From: a phage
Length of the DNA stretch: 64,000 nucleotides
Sequence record: NC_100327.1
Direction: 5' to 3' (one strand)
Positions 44,462 to 55,065 of this stretch are shown here, in pieces. Made by a program: the position numbers and the translations under genes. The notes under the pieces are model-generated. The model was not told where the DNA came from. It was given only the letters and a program-made list of their open reading frames with translations, and searched no databases. Within the stretch, counting starts at the first letter, position 1, and each line of letters starts with the position of its first letter.

Positions 44462-44687
44462 GAGCCATGAGGCGAAGATATCATTACCTGATGTGGAAGT
44501 TATATCAAAATGCTGCCAAAGCCTATCATATCATGTTTGGCAATGACGATCACTACATCATGTTACATCTCACCGCTATTGAGCATCACAATGAGTGGAT
44601 TCATGCAATCGTGGCAGGTGATAAAGACTTTAAGTAAAGTATACCTCAAAAACGTATAGTGCGGCTTTCTAGACGGAGACTGATTAA

Positions 44688-45068
44688 ATGTGCAAGTGTA
44701 AATCCTATAATTGGAAAGTGAAAGGTGCCAAGCATCCAAATGTTATCGTTGATGTGCCTAAAAATCTTCGTGACGGCAAAAAACGTGTGTGCCTTGATAA
44801 GTGTATGGCTAAGCCTATCATGAGTTTGTGGGCAGCAGGTTTGAAAACGCTAAACTGCTGCTGTGGTCATAACAAAGATATTCCAAGCATCATTATCCCA
44901 GAAGATGCAGATCCTAAAGCTTATGCCAAAATACTGACCCGCTATCCCAGCACCTTCCTGATCGGAAAATGGTGTCACGATGAACTCCAATGGTGGATAG
45001 CCTATGGTAGTATAGGCACTACTTTTGGCTTCCCAGCTTTGTCAGAGCGCTATGTCAAAGTGTCATAA
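44688..45068 (+). CDS. Cys-rich hypothetical protein (126 aa)
   Basis: ORF-track ORF; CKCK and NCCCGH clusters suggest metal binding. Confidence 0.45.
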   Translation: MCKCKSYNWKVKGAKHPNVIVDVPKNLRDGKKRVCLDKCMAKPIMSLWAAGLKTLNCCCGHNKDIPSIIIPEDADPKAYAKILTRYPSTFLIGKWCHDELQWWIAYGSIGTTFGFPALSERYVKVS

Positions 45069-45172
45069 TAGAATTTAAGGCCTCAAACGAGGCCTGTGCC
45101 TTCATAAATTTCTCCACCCTGTGCGATTGCCTTCCTGAATAAAATACCCTCTCAGATCTCTTAAAATTAAGC

Positions 45173-45637
45173 TTGACACCACCACCAGATCTATATATAA
45201 TTCTCACCAACCAAACAGAGGAGATCGTCATGGATAATCTTGCAGATGTAAATGTCGAAATTGTTAAACTAAAGTTCTTGGGCTTTCGAGACCCTTATTC
45301 TTTAACAGCCATACTAATGGATACTCACTTCACACCAGGTAAAGAGTACACTGCCTTCCGTTATATTTGCGGAGATCACGAATCAGCTTACAGTGTGAAT
45401 ACAAACCTCGGAGAGGGATATTTCATCAGAGATATCACAGATCACTTGTGGGGTATGTGGGAGTTGGTGGAGGAAGAGAATAAATCCCTTCCTAAAGAGA
45501 TTTGGGTGCACACCTTCCACACAGGTAAGTTTGGAGGTACGGAACATAAGTCTATCCACTATGATGAAGAAAGTGCCATCAAACAACAAGCTGTGCTTGG
45601 TGGATCTATAGAAAAATTTGTTAAATGCGAGGACTGA
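45173..45637 (+). CDS. hypothetical protein (154 aa; start possibly the ATG at 45231)
   Basis: ORF-track ORF. Confidence 0.45.
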   Translation: MTPPPDLYIILTNQTEEIVMDNLADVNVEIVKLKFLGFRDPYSLTAILMDTHFTPGKEYTAFRYICGDHESAYSVNTNLGEGYFIRDITDHLWGMWELVEEENKSLPKEIWVHTFHTGKFGGTEHKSIHYDEESAIKQQAVLGGSIEKFVKCED

Positions 45638-45640
45638 GAA

Positions 45641-45841
45641 ATGGCTGATTTTTGTAAAGATTGCTCTGAAGAGTTGTTTGGCTTTGACTGCAAAGATTTG
45701 GAAGGTCTGATCACTGAGGATCAGTGGAAGGAAGGCTATGCAGCACCTGTTATTTGTGAAGGTTGTGGCTATACCTATGTTGACCATAAAGGTAAGCGCG
45801 TCAAGCCGTCTGAAGATGGGGCATGTTGGGAGTATTACTAA
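45641..45841 (+). CDS. small zinc-ribbon protein (66 aa)
   Basis: CKDC ... CEGC Cys pairs. Confidence 0.45.
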   Translation: MADFCKDCSEELFGFDCKDLEGLITEDQWKEGYAAPVICEGCGYTYVDHKGKRVKPSEDGACWEYY

Positions 45842-45846
45842 CTATA

Positions 45847-45880
45847 AAAAGAAAGGGGCCGTTTGGCCCCTTTTTATTTA
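45847..45880. terminator. Bidirectional rho-independent terminator between convergent blocks
   Basis: Hairpin aaaggggccgtttggcccctttttattt with U-runs on both strands. Confidence 0.7.
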
Positions 45881-45888
45881 CCCCCTTG

Positions 45889-48800
45889 TTAACGAGAAAA
45901 GGTTGCGTAGGCTTCTAGACGATACTGCTGGTCACCAGGGAACATAACACCTATAGAGGCTGTCCCTAGAATCCTGCCTTCCTTTCCAGACTCCATTCTG
46001 AACCCTACCCATCCTGAACTCCTTGCAGCCTCGATGTTGTCGCTATACCCGAAAGTGGCAAGATCGTCAACACCAGCCCCAAACAGCAACTGAAGCTGAC
46101 TTCTCGGAAGCCCTATAATTTCAGGAATATACGCACCAAAGTACACCATCTGCCCTACCTTAGGACCGCTGCCGTACTCCATCGGTTTGCTTGTAGAGAA
46201 AGTCTTCATACCAGAAGTACCTGCCGGATTAGGGTATGCCCCATTTGTTGCTGTACCTATCCACATTCTCCACTGTGGTGCCATCTGTTTGACAGTAAAA
46301 GATGTTGAAGACGTTTTGCGCCCTGCATCATCAGTAACTACAAACTTTATGGTGACATTCCCAGTAGCTTTAAATGTTACCAGCCCTGTGGCAGCATCCA
46401 CTGTTGCAATGTTGGTATTACTACTTTCCCAAGTCTTTCTAATACCGGATACGTTGGAAGGGGTAATAGAAGGTTCCTGCATCTGCAGTTTACCACCCAC
46501 AATCCCTATGCCGTTACCTGGATTATACAGCACACCAACCTCGTCTACAATGTTCCCTGCTTTGAGACTATACTTCCTTGAGAAGTTGTAGGTTCCGTTA
46601 TAAGTGTGTGTCCCTGAGAAGGTGACATCTGCCTTCCCGTAAGAGATGCAAACCAAAGCATACTTCCTGTCAGGCAACGTTTCTCCAGTCTCTGGGTGAG
46701 TTTTACCCACCTGGAACACGCTCGGGTCAGTAGAGTCGTGACTATCGCTAATGGAGCTTGGACCTCCCATCAACTGTGACAAACAATTCCTTACCCATGT
46801 CCAGTTATTATCACTGGAGAAGTCCACAGTCAAATCAAACACAACCCACTCATTCGGCTTCCACACAGGTGTTGCAATGGACTTGCCTACACCACCTCCT
46901 TGGAGTGTTGCCGACTGTTCGGTGATCAGGGCCGCATAGGCCAGAGTCCCTAAACTCAGAGTCTGGCTTGCTGTCCTCACTACCTTAGAATCAGCATCTG
47001 TGAAGTTGTTGATGATTTGGAATGTGCCATAAGTGTTTTTACAGGTAATTCTGGCGTTCAGCGTGTCAATCTTCCTCACATCTGCCATAGCAGTGTTAGA
47101 CACAGAGAAGTCAGAAGCTTTAGCTGAGTTTGCCGCAACAGCAGGATCAACGTTAAGAGTTGCGTTGAACTGACAGGCAGGGGTAACCAGCAGCTTGTTA
47201 TCACCTATTTGCTTCCATGAAATACTTTGGACAGGTAGATTCCATTTAATACCTGAGAAAACTTTAGCAACCCTTGGCCCCAAAGCTCCAGTCCTGTTGT
47301 CTTTACAGCACATAGACATGGTGATCGTTGACGGAGTTGCCTGACCGAACAATTCCTGTGCTTTTGCAGAGGACATAGTGTAGAAATTGTCCTTAACAAA
47401 CTCATCAGCGGCTAAAGATCCGTCAGCCCTCCACCACTGCACCTGGTACCCGGTCTTATCCCAGCCACCGACCTGCTTCAGGTCTTCCCAGGAGATTTCC
47501 AGATCCCCAGTGGTAGGGTTGATTGCAGCAGCCCCTGGTGTTCCAGAGGACCATAATGGGATATCGAACCACGCTGGTTTAGCAGACTGCACTGCGCTGG
47601 GACCTATTGCGGCAGCAAGTTGCTGGCCCATCAATACGCGAGCATCTTTCACCAGACCCCACTCGATCATAGACCCAGAGTAACCTTCTTTCTTGTAGGC
47701 TGAGGATCCGTTCAAATGGATGAGTCGGCTTGTGCCAAAGTTATGTGCTCCACCACCGTTGTCGTCTGCAAAATTGGTTATGATTCTATCCCTGATATTT
47801 TTCCATGCCCTGCCCCCAATCTCATAGTCATGGTCATAACATCTTTGCAGTGTTGTCCAGCAAATGATCGCCATCCTTCTACCATCGCTGAATCCAAAGG
47901 CCTGATCGTTAAGCTCTCTCCACAAGTAGCAGTTAGTGGTCCACATGGCCCTATGAATGTTAAACCAGTTTATAGATTTGGCTGAGTTGTCCCACTGAGT
48001 CCCAGGTAATTCAGGCCATACTGCATTAACCAGCATGTCTTCTGTTCCTGCATCAACCAAGAACCCTCTTACCTTCTTACCCATGCCTACCCTATCTTTT
48101 GCAATCCAACTGCCAAACAATCTCAGTTTTGGACCATAGACAACATCTTCCGGATGCTCAAAAGAAATATATTTTAGGTATATTGTAGGGTCACCATAGG
48201 TGCCATCACAAACAGCTTTGTGCATGTTCTCGCCAAGGTCTAGACGAAGTCCTGTTACAACTTTAGATGTGTCGGTGAATTTGTCTGTTAAATCAAACTC
48301 ATACCACCACCAACCTGCACCCAACAATACTTTCTTACAACGCTGTGCATCTGTATCAGATATTCTCTTATCACCTGCAAAAGGCGAGTCAGCAAACTGA
48401 TAGTGCAGAGCAATCTCAAAAGGATGTGTGGATGTCCCGTTTTCTGCAAGAACTTGTTTACCTATTAAGTCGCACTTAATGATCATCACAACACGTTTGT
48501 ACCCGTTTGTTACCGGAATTTGCATAGACATGGATGTCCCGTCCATGTTTGATCTCAGTGCAGTCATGATGATATAAGGGTCAACGGCATTGCCCAGAGT
48601 CTCAGGACCGGGGATTATCTTATACTTCTTGACCTGCCCCATGATGTAGTCACTTGCGTAAGTTGCCGCATTCAAGCAAGATCCCCCACCAGGTAACTCA
48701 CCAGGTCCCCAGAAAAATGCGCCGTAACAGTTGTAGAACCACTTGTTAGGATCGTATTTATTCTTGAAGGTCTGAACCTCGTTGGCCTGTTTTGTCAAGA

Positions 48801-51525
48801 AAACCTGCGTGTCTGTGAAGATTGCAGGGTTTACTCTCGCCTGTCTTGGAGGGTAACCTGTAGTTTGGTTAAACCACAAATTACAAGAGTAATCCCTCAT
48901 ATAGTCATAATCAGAGTATTTGTTTACATCTTCGTTCCAACACATGTTTAGGTTGGTACCGCCCATGCATACAATATATTCTGCGACATACTTATCACTT
49001 CTGGTAGGAATACCTATGAACCATCTGTTAACAGGCTCATCCCAAGCTGTGCGCTCATCTTTAACGCAGATAGCAATCCAGTCATGTGTTCCTGTTTTCT
49101 TGCACACATCTCGCTTCATACCATAGTAGAACTCTTTAGTATCCGGCTCAGGTGCATTTATCAGGTAACTCCATGCCTGATTTGCATAAGTTCCATTGGT
49201 GCGTGGATCATGATCAAAGGCATACATGATGATCCTTTCCCCACCAAGATGTTCGCCAAGAGTAACTTTGACATTCACATCGCCGTAACCGTTGCGAACA
49301 ACATCCATATTATCAATAGAGATACCTCTGGGCGTGTAGGCAATTTTCAGCGAGTTATCTTCACTAGTGCCGCCAAGTGTAATCCCTATGTTGTTTGTTG
49401 TCCCGTCGACATATCTTACTGTAGCTTCCCAGCGTATTCCGAAATATCCTGCATCATGGCTGACAATTTTCAGTGTACGAGCCCCAGAGCTAGGTTTTCC
49501 AGGATCAGGCCAAGGATCTGGATGTTCATGGACAGTCAACGATGTTCCGTTTTGCTCGTTGACCTGCAACATTTTACCGCCTCTGCCGTTAGGGTTGAAC
49601 TCCCACAAGGCTTGTGTTTTCACAACATTGTCATACGTGGTACGTCTCTGATCGTAGATCTCTTGAGTCACATCGTAGGTTACAGACCCGGCATCCATTC
49701 TATGGAGTCGTACCATATACGATGTATCGCCTTCTACAACAGGTTGAGCTGCGTTAAGCCCGAAGTATACAGTATCGTTGACATGGAACTGTTTGTTTCT
49801 ACCGACAGTATGCCACTTGCCGTTGGACGGATACGCAGGAACTATGGTGTTCCAGTTCAAAGTTCTTGTCGTATGGGTTCTGCCTGTGCCATGCTTGTCA
49901 TGATAGGTTATTTTTACAGAGTACAGGCCACGTCTGTTAACATTTCTGTTATACTGGGTAACAACAACTTCGTTGGCCCCACCGTGGTTCCAGTTGGTGG
50001 AGAATTGGTAATTTGCATCTGTAACAACCGTACCTGCAGCATTTACCAACTCAATCTTGTCAATAATGAACGTAGCCCCCTCTGGCTGAGGCTTCAATTT
50101 CATCTTGACCGTGTCACCAATGTAGATATTGCTAACACTACTAACACCATTAACGTCGAAAATATCATCAACGCCCCAACTGTCTACTGGGACATTTTTA
50201 TACCAATTCTCAGGAACCTCTGTGAACCCCTGACTATTAAGTCTGCCGCCAAACAGGTTATTAGAGCCTGCAAAACTTCCCCTTGGGATGCCTGACCACC
50301 AAAGTTTGCCATTAACAACAGTAAAGGTCCCTAAGAAACCTTCTCTGTGGATACCCTGGAAATAAACACTTTCTGTCCAGCTTACTGGCATCCGTTGCTC
50401 GACGTATTTAGCCGTAGCCAGAGCCTGATAGTGAATAAAATTAGCCCTAGGACTGTTGTTTGCAGATTGTGCACCAATATCATTGCACAGATTGCGAGAG
50501 AAGCCACGATACTGTTTGGTGCCATTATTGAAGAAAATGCCACTTGTGCCGTATCCACGAGCCATTATCACCTCATGGGTGTAGGTGATATTTAAGGAAC
50601 GCCATGTGTCATCTCCCCAGACGTCTTGCCCGTAGAATACGTTAACAAGCTGTTGGTCATCAGGTTTGTGCATCCTTTCTGTGGCTATAATTGCACCATT
50701 AGGTCCACACATGAACCCTTTCCATGTCTCGCCCACCGGGATGCCTTTAAACTGGTCAAGAGTCACATGCTCGGCTGGATAAACTAGTGTGTTTTTGCTG
50801 TTATTTCTTAAGAAATCGTAACCTGCAATCCAGAATCCGTTAGGACCACCAAAAATAACCGAGTTGTCATGAACTTCACAATTAATTCTTGGATTTTTCC
50901 AAGGACCTGTCTCTGGACTTTCAGATGTTTCACCGATCTTAACTGGAGTAGCGTGTTGACTTTTGTCAACATGAAGAGAGCCGTAAGTATTATTGCCAGA
51001 GCCGTACAGGTGAAGCATACCATCAGCCTCTGGTGCAGCAATTACCCACACTGTATTGTTTACGCCACCCATTACTTCAACAAGTCTCTCAGGATGGGTG
51101 TCCAAATGCAACCCTGTTACGATCTGTTCCGGCAAAGGTGTCCACTCTCTGACACAAACATCGTTTCCACCTGCTGCCTCCGATCCGATAAGACCAGCTG
51201 TGCAACCAATATAGAAAAATTTATTATCGAATGTGCGGATTACAAATGCACGGTCAGCTCTCCAAACATGGTCTACGTTCCAAGCTGCCTCATTAGGATA
51301 GTTTATTGTATCAAGATCTCCAGTCCGACACTCTCCGAACCTATTATAGCCAGTAATATTAAGCTGACCATCATCAAAAAGTATAGCTAAGCTATTTACA
51401 TAGGATACTGTGTTGCTTGTACCATCACTGTTGTCTATTGGGTATGACAGAACAGCAAGTTCCTTAATTCCACCCCTCTTATCGAGGAAATGACGACCAA
51501 GTTTTAGCAAAGGGATTGGAAGCAT
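45889..51525 (-). CDS. very large virion protein (1878 aa), putative tail fibre/host-specificity protein with Ig-like domain
   Basis: Single long ORF; Big_2-like segment near the C-terminus (ATVDAATGLVTFKATGNVTIKFVVTDDAGR); in the structural block. Confidence 0.55.
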   Translation of the reverse strand: MLPIPLLKLGRHFLDKRGGIKELAVLSYPIDNSDGTSNTVSYVNSLAILFDDGQLNITGYNRFGECRTGDLDTINYPNEAAWNVDHVWRADRAFVIRTFDNKFFYIGCTAGLIGSEAAGGNDVCVREWTPLPEQIVTGLHLDTHPERLVEVMGGVNNTVWVIAAPEADGMLHLYGSGNNTYGSLHVDKSQHATPVKIGETSESPETGPWKNPRINCEVHDNSVIFGGPNGFWIAGYDFLRNNSKNTLVYPAEHVTLDQFKGIPVGETWKGFMCGPNGAIIATERMHKPDDQQLVNVFYGQDVWGDDTWRSLNITYTHEVIMARGYGTSGIFFNNGTKQYRGFSRNLCNDIGAQSANNSPRANFIHYQALATAKYVEQRMPVSWTESVYFQGIHREGFLGTFTVVNGKLWWSGIPRGSFAGSNNLFGGRLNSQGFTEVPENWYKNVPVDSWGVDDIFDVNGVSSVSNIYIGDTVKMKLKPQPEGATFIIDKIELVNAAGTVVTDANYQFSTNWNHGGANEVVVTQYNRNVNRRGLYSVKITYHDKHGTGRTHTTRTLNWNTIVPAYPSNGKWHTVGRNKQFHVNDTVYFGLNAAQPVVEGDTSYMVRLHRMDAGSVTYDVTQEIYDQRRTTYDNVVKTQALWEFNPNGRGGKMLQVNEQNGTSLTVHEHPDPWPDPGKPSSGARTLKIVSHDAGYFGIRWEATVRYVDGTTNNIGITLGGTSEDNSLKIAYTPRGISIDNMDVVRNGYGDVNVKVTLGEHLGGERIIMYAFDHDPRTNGTYANQAWSYLINAPEPDTKEFYYGMKRDVCKKTGTHDWIAICVKDERTAWDEPVNRWFIGIPTRSDKYVAEYIVCMGGTNLNMCWNEDVNKYSDYDYMRDYSCNLWFNQTTGYPPRQARVNPAIFTDTQVFLTKQANEVQTFKNKYDPNKWFYNCYGAFFWGPGELPGGGSCLNAATYASDYIMGQVKKYKIIPGPETLGNAVDPYIIMTALRSNMDGTSMSMQIPVTNGYKRVVMIIKCDLIGKQVLAENGTSTHPFEIALHYQFADSPFAGDKRISDTDAQRCKKVLLGAGWWWYEFDLTDKFTDTSKVVTGLRLDLGENMHKAVCDGTYGDPTIYLKYISFEHPEDVVYGPKLRLFGSWIAKDRVGMGKKVRGFLVDAGTEDMLVNAVWPELPGTQWDNSAKSINWFNIHRAMWTTNCYLWRELNDQAFGFSDGRRMAIICWTTLQRCYDHDYEIGGRAWKNIRDRIITNFADDNGGGAHNFGTSRLIHLNGSSAYKKEGYSGSMIEWGLVKDARVLMGQQLAAAIGPSAVQSAKPAWFDIPLWSSGTPGAAAINPTTGDLEISWEDLKQVGGWDKTGYQVQWWRADGSLAADEFVKDNFYTMSSAKAQELFGQATPSTITMSMCCKDNRTGALGPRVAKVFSGIKWNLPVQSISWKQIGDNKLLVTPACQFNATLNVDPAVAANSAKASDFSVSNTAMADVRKIDTLNARITCKNTYGTFQIINNFTDADSKVVRTASQTLSLGTLAYAALITEQSATLQGGGVGKSIATPVWKPNEWVVFDLTVDFSSDNNWTWVRNCLSQLMGGPSSISDSHDSTDPSVFQVGKTHPETGETLPDRKYALVCISYGKADVTFSGTHTYNGTYNFSRKYSLKAGNIVDEVGVLYNPGNGIGIVGGKLQMQEPSITPSNVSGIRKTWESSNTNIATVDAATGLVTFKATGNVTIKFVVTDDAGRKTSSTSFTVKQMAPQWRMWIGTATNGAYPNPAGTSGMKTFSTSKPMEYGSGPKVGQMVYFGAYIPEIIGLPRSQLQLLFGAGVDDLATFGYSDNIEAARSSGWVGFRMESGKEGRILGTASIGVMFPGDQQYRLEAYATFSR

Positions 51526-51537
51526 TGTGTTCTCCAG

Positions 51538-51566
51538 ATAAGAAAACCGCCCCGTCAGGAGCGGTT
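51538..51566 (-). terminator. Terminator-like hairpin
   Basis: Minus-strand hairpin ccgctcctgacggggcgg followed by TTTTCTTAT. Confidence 0.4.
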
Positions 51567-51573
51567 AGATATA

Positions 51574-53319
51574 TTAACGTTGTGCAATTACTACGTCTAC
51601 AATATCACCAACACCACAATACGTTAATTGCAGCAAGGTAACACTGTTAGCCTTGTTGTTAATAACAGGTGTTGCCGACAGGATAGCATACTTATCGTGC
51701 AAAGTCACGTTGTGACCTACAGCATCCTGAATGACATAGATAACTGCAGTGAATGGATAAGGTTTATCTTCCGCTGATGTCCCAGGCCACTGTCCTATTG
51801 TAAAATCCCCTTTCGCGTGGACAACATACATGCTGGCCTGCCCGTTAGGTGTCCATGTCCCACTGGACGCGTCAACCTCCTCTAAGTCAAAATCTACCTT
51901 TCCTGCGTGGAAAGTAGGGGCAGTAATGGTTTTACCCGCCTCAATTTCTTGAGAGGTGGTTATCTTACCACTGGAGTTAATGCCATTACAGACAAAGTTG
52001 ACATTAGAGAAGTCTGGCAGCCACCCGGTCACTGTGCCGGATATTTCAAGGTTGTGAAGGTAGGTGGTGCCAGTCCCTGCGGCGTTTAAACTAACATCTC
52101 CATTTACCTGCAAGTTTCTGGTAATGTTGCAGTTTTCAGAGTTTGCAGTTGTTGCAGTTAAAGTGGTGGTGGTTAGCTCGGTAATTGTACCTTTATTGGC
52201 TGTAAGCCCTTCTCCTTCAAAAGTTGCACGCTCATTGACTCTTAGAGTATTCAGAGCTATATTTTGGATAGAGGCTGTACCTCGAATAACTACAGACCCG
52301 CCAACCTCCAAATCGCCATTTATCAATGCATCACCCGTGCTTTCAATATAGCTAGGGTAGATCATGGTGCCATCGACAGAGTATGTTATCCCTGTAACGG
52401 TACCTGTCACCTCAAGGTTCTTAACCCTGGTGGTCCCATCGACCTGCAATGTCGGTTCGGTTGCTGCCTTCATGGCATTACCACGAATGTACACGTAGTC
52501 AAAAAAGTTATTACCCAGACCATCAAAATGCACATCGTTATTATTGGCCACTGGTTTCCCAGAAGTTATAGTGTCAGCTATAACCCTGTGGGTGGACACT
52601 TCATGAGGTTGCAGCTCTGTACTTCTCCAGTCTGCATGCTTAGGATCGCTCCACGCAAAAGTAAGTGTAGAAGTATTTGCCGTGAGGATTAGATTCCTAA
52701 AGCGTGCAGTAGAATCTGCCCCATTAACAGGTCCATGTAAGGTAAGGGTGCCACCAACTATAGTGTTAGCGAGTTCTGTAAGACCTTTTACCACCAAAGA
52801 CCCTACAGTAACTTTCATCCCCTCCATGGCTTTAAATATGCTATCAACATAGTCAACAACAAACTCTGTGTTTGCTATGGACTCTGACTTATCGTCCATT
52901 GGAGGTGTAGGTACTCGTGGGTCACCTTCGAACCTCGGGCTGTTAAGTTTTGCGTAGTATTTTGCCATTACTGCAGAGTCGGTATATAATCTCCAGTTTG
53001 GAGATTGTGAAGGATCTGCTGGCATTCTAACCGGGTTAGATTTTGATGCTGCGGGAGCGTACCACCACTGAGGGCCTGTGTCCCCTTTAAACTCGTACAG
53101 CTGGTTAAAAACTGTTGTGGATGCACCATACGCCCAAGGGATCGGTGGCGTTTTAAAATAAAGGTTGTCAAGCATGGCTTTTCGTACCGTAGGGATGGTG
53201 GTCCCATCCTCTACGACAACTTCATCCACAGCGTTACCGTTGACAACCAAGTGCAAACGTTCAGAATCAACAATTACTTGATCTACCGCCTGCTCAAAGC
53301 TTGTCATGTCTTGCGCCAT
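51574..53319 (-). CDS. putative tail fibre/tailspike protein (581 aa)
   Basis: Repetitive beta-rich segments (LEVTGTVTG, LQVNGDVSL, LEISGTVTG); structural-block context. Confidence 0.45.
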   Translation of the reverse strand: MAQDMTSFEQAVDQVIVDSERLHLVVNGNAVDEVVVEDGTTIPTVRKAMLDNLYFKTPPIPWAYGASTTVFNQLYEFKGDTGPQWWYAPAASKSNPVRMPADPSQSPNWRLYTDSAVMAKYYAKLNSPRFEGDPRVPTPPMDDKSESIANTEFVVDYVDSIFKAMEGMKVTVGSLVVKGLTELANTIVGGTLTLHGPVNGADSTARFRNLILTANTSTLTFAWSDPKHADWRSTELQPHEVSTHRVIADTITSGKPVANNNDVHFDGLGNNFFDYVYIRGNAMKAATEPTLQVDGTTRVKNLEVTGTVTGITYSVDGTMIYPSYIESTGDALINGDLEVGGSVVIRGTASIQNIALNTLRVNERATFEGEGLTANKGTITELTTTTLTATTANSENCNITRNLQVNGDVSLNAAGTGTTYLHNLEISGTVTGWLPDFSNVNFVCNGINSSGKITTSQEIEAGKTITAPTFHAGKVDFDLEEVDASSGTWTPNGQASMYVVHAKGDFTIGQWPGTSAEDKPYPFTAVIYVIQDAVGHNVTLHDKYAILSATPVINNKANSVTLLQLTYCGVGDIVDVVIAQR

Positions 53320-53328
53320 GATTTCTCC

Positions 53329-53595
53329 TTAAGCTTTTTGCTCTTCGTTTTTAACGTGGTCAGGGTGCTGGCAACCCCACCGGAGCGAGATGAATTTGCT
53401 AATAAGCTGGGGGCAAGCTACTGAAGGCGCGTATATCCACGCATACCATTCAGGAAGCGTATCATTATACCCCATATGAATAAACACCCCAGTCATCACC
53501 GCCATGCCTATGTTCGACCATAGCTTAGTTTGGGACACTTTCGTAGGGTCATCAGATGCCGCAACCAGTCCCCATAAAAACTGAGTTAGTTTCAT
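53329..53595 (-). CDS. small membrane protein (88 aa)
   Basis: Hydrophobic segment NIGMAVMTGVFIHMGY; follows the fibre paralog. Confidence 0.35.
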   Translation of the reverse strand: MKLTQFLWGLVAASDDPTKVSQTKLWSNIGMAVMTGVFIHMGYNDTLPEWYAWIYAPSVACPQLISKFISLRWGCQHPDHVKNEEQKA

Positions 53596-53606
53596 TTACC
53601 CTCTTT

Positions 53607-54650
53607 TTAAGCATAAGATATAGTGATCCATTGACCATTTACAAGTTTTTGGATAGCACCTGTCCAGTAGTCACCTTGATAAGGGTGTTTATAAGCGTAG
53701 TTACCAGAGCACATCACATGCCCAGGGTAGACTCTTGACTCTCTGTAGGTGGTTTTGAAACGGTTTGCTATCCTTACATCATCAACCCCTCTGCTAGGCA
53801 TAGGAATAGTAAGGTTACCACTACTGTCTGCGCCGTTACCATTTACCCTGCGGACCACGTTTCTTCCACCAACTGTTGCGTATTGGCCCCTGACGGTTTC
53901 ATCGTTACAATCAACTCTTCCACCTATTTGAGCGCTTCCGCAGGATTGTTGTCCATTAATAGTGGCTCTTGGTATCGTGACCGCATTGGCATTTGCAGAG
54001 GAACTTTTTGCATCGTTGCATTCAAGATTCCCTTGGATAGCCAGTCTTGCACGGTTGGCAGTTATAGCATTGAGCTTCATAGCCGAAAACACAGGCTGCC
54101 CACCAGAAGGTTGAAATCTCCAACGGAACCCGTCTATTTGGTGAGAAGGATCATCAAGGTCTGTGCCGTCAGCACCACCGATGTTGTCCATAATCCAGAA
54201 ATCCATCGTCGTCTTGTCTGGAGTTATGGTGGTATATATTGCCGCATTGTCTGTTGACGCAGATGCAAACTCGATTCTTTGAAGACCTAAAGTTTGAGTC
54301 TGAGTCATTATGTCTCCAGACTTGTCAATATATAGATCGTCCATTTCTTCAGGCGAGTATACATTGAGAACTTGACGTGCAGCAGCTTTGTCTGGAACGT
54401 CTGCTAGATTATTAGTGACCCTTAAGAATCTATTATCCCATCCTGGGACAACATCTTCTGTTAGATGCTTTAACCACGCAGAAAGCATGTGAAGTTCAAA
54501 GTTAACAACTTCACATGCCACTCTTTGTGTCATATCCCAACCTTTCAATCTCTCTTCTTTTTTTGGTTGAGACTTATTCAACTCTCCCGTATTTTCAAGC
54601 ACAACATCCTGATTGGCCCAAATATCAAGAGGGATAACTGGTTTAGTCAT
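53607..54650 (-). CDS. tail fibre protein, paralog of 55665-56705
   Basis: Shared N-terminus (IPLDIWA) and C-terminus (QKLVNGQWITISYA) with a divergent middle. Confidence 0.5.
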   Translation of the reverse strand: MTKPVIPLDIWANQDVVLENTGELNKSQPKKEERLKGWDMTQRVACEVVNFELHMLSAWLKHLTEDVVPGWDNRFLRVTNNLADVPDKAAARQVLNVYSPEEMDDLYIDKSGDIMTQTQTLGLQRIEFASASTDNAAIYTTITPDKTTMDFWIMDNIGGADGTDLDDPSHQIDGFRWRFQPSGGQPVFSAMKLNAITANRARLAIQGNLECNDAKSSSANANAVTIPRATINGQQSCGSAQIGGRVDCNDETVRGQYATVGGRNVVRRVNGNGADSSGNLTIPMPSRGVDDVRIANRFKTTYRESRVYPGHVMCSGNYAYKHPYQGDYWTGAIQKLVNGQWITISYA

Positions 54651-54739
54651 CGCGTTCTCCTGAGAAAATTCCTTAGGACTATTTTAACACTTTAGAGAAC
54701 AAAATGCAAGAACGGAGTCCTTTCCGTTCTGACCTTTGT

Positions 54740-55054
54740 TTACCTTTTACTATGCTCTACGAGCATGTGCAAAATCTTTTGTACATCAGCTCGGATACCG
54801 GAGACATCTGTCCTGACATCCTGCTTAAGGTCGTTAATATCGGCCTCTAGCTTGCTTAACCGGGTCTCGATAACGGAATCAAGTTTATCTTTTGTAACCA
54901 TACTGTTTTTCACTAAGATGAGGTCTTTCTCCAGTTCATCCAACCTCTTGGAAATGCCTTTCCATTTGGTGTGCCACTGGTTGAAAGCCCATACACAGAT
55001 CGGGACAACGGTACCCATGCAGATACCGTACAATGCCGCCAAATCCAACTCCAC
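54740..55054 (-). CDS. small membrane/coiled-coil protein (104 aa)
   Basis: N-terminal transmembrane segment ALYGICMGTVVPICVWAF, then a coiled-coil. Confidence 0.35.
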   Translation of the reverse strand: MELDLAALYGICMGTVVPICVWAFNQWHTKWKGISKRLDELEKDLILVKNSMVTKDKLDSVIETRLSKLEADINDLKQDVRTDVSGIRADVQKILHMLVEHSKR

Positions 55055-55065
55055 AACACCTCCTC

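Noticed and set aside
44467-44637. 56-aa plus-strand ORF after the HAD phosphatase
   Set aside because: Hand-translated ORF with stop/start coupling, but below the track cutoff and with no recognisable features; too weak to report as a feature.
49084-50295. 403-aa plus-strand ORF
   Set aside because: Lies entirely antisense within the 1878-aa structural gene; the protein is low-complexity and Cys/Ile-rich with no start context. Judged a shadow ORF.
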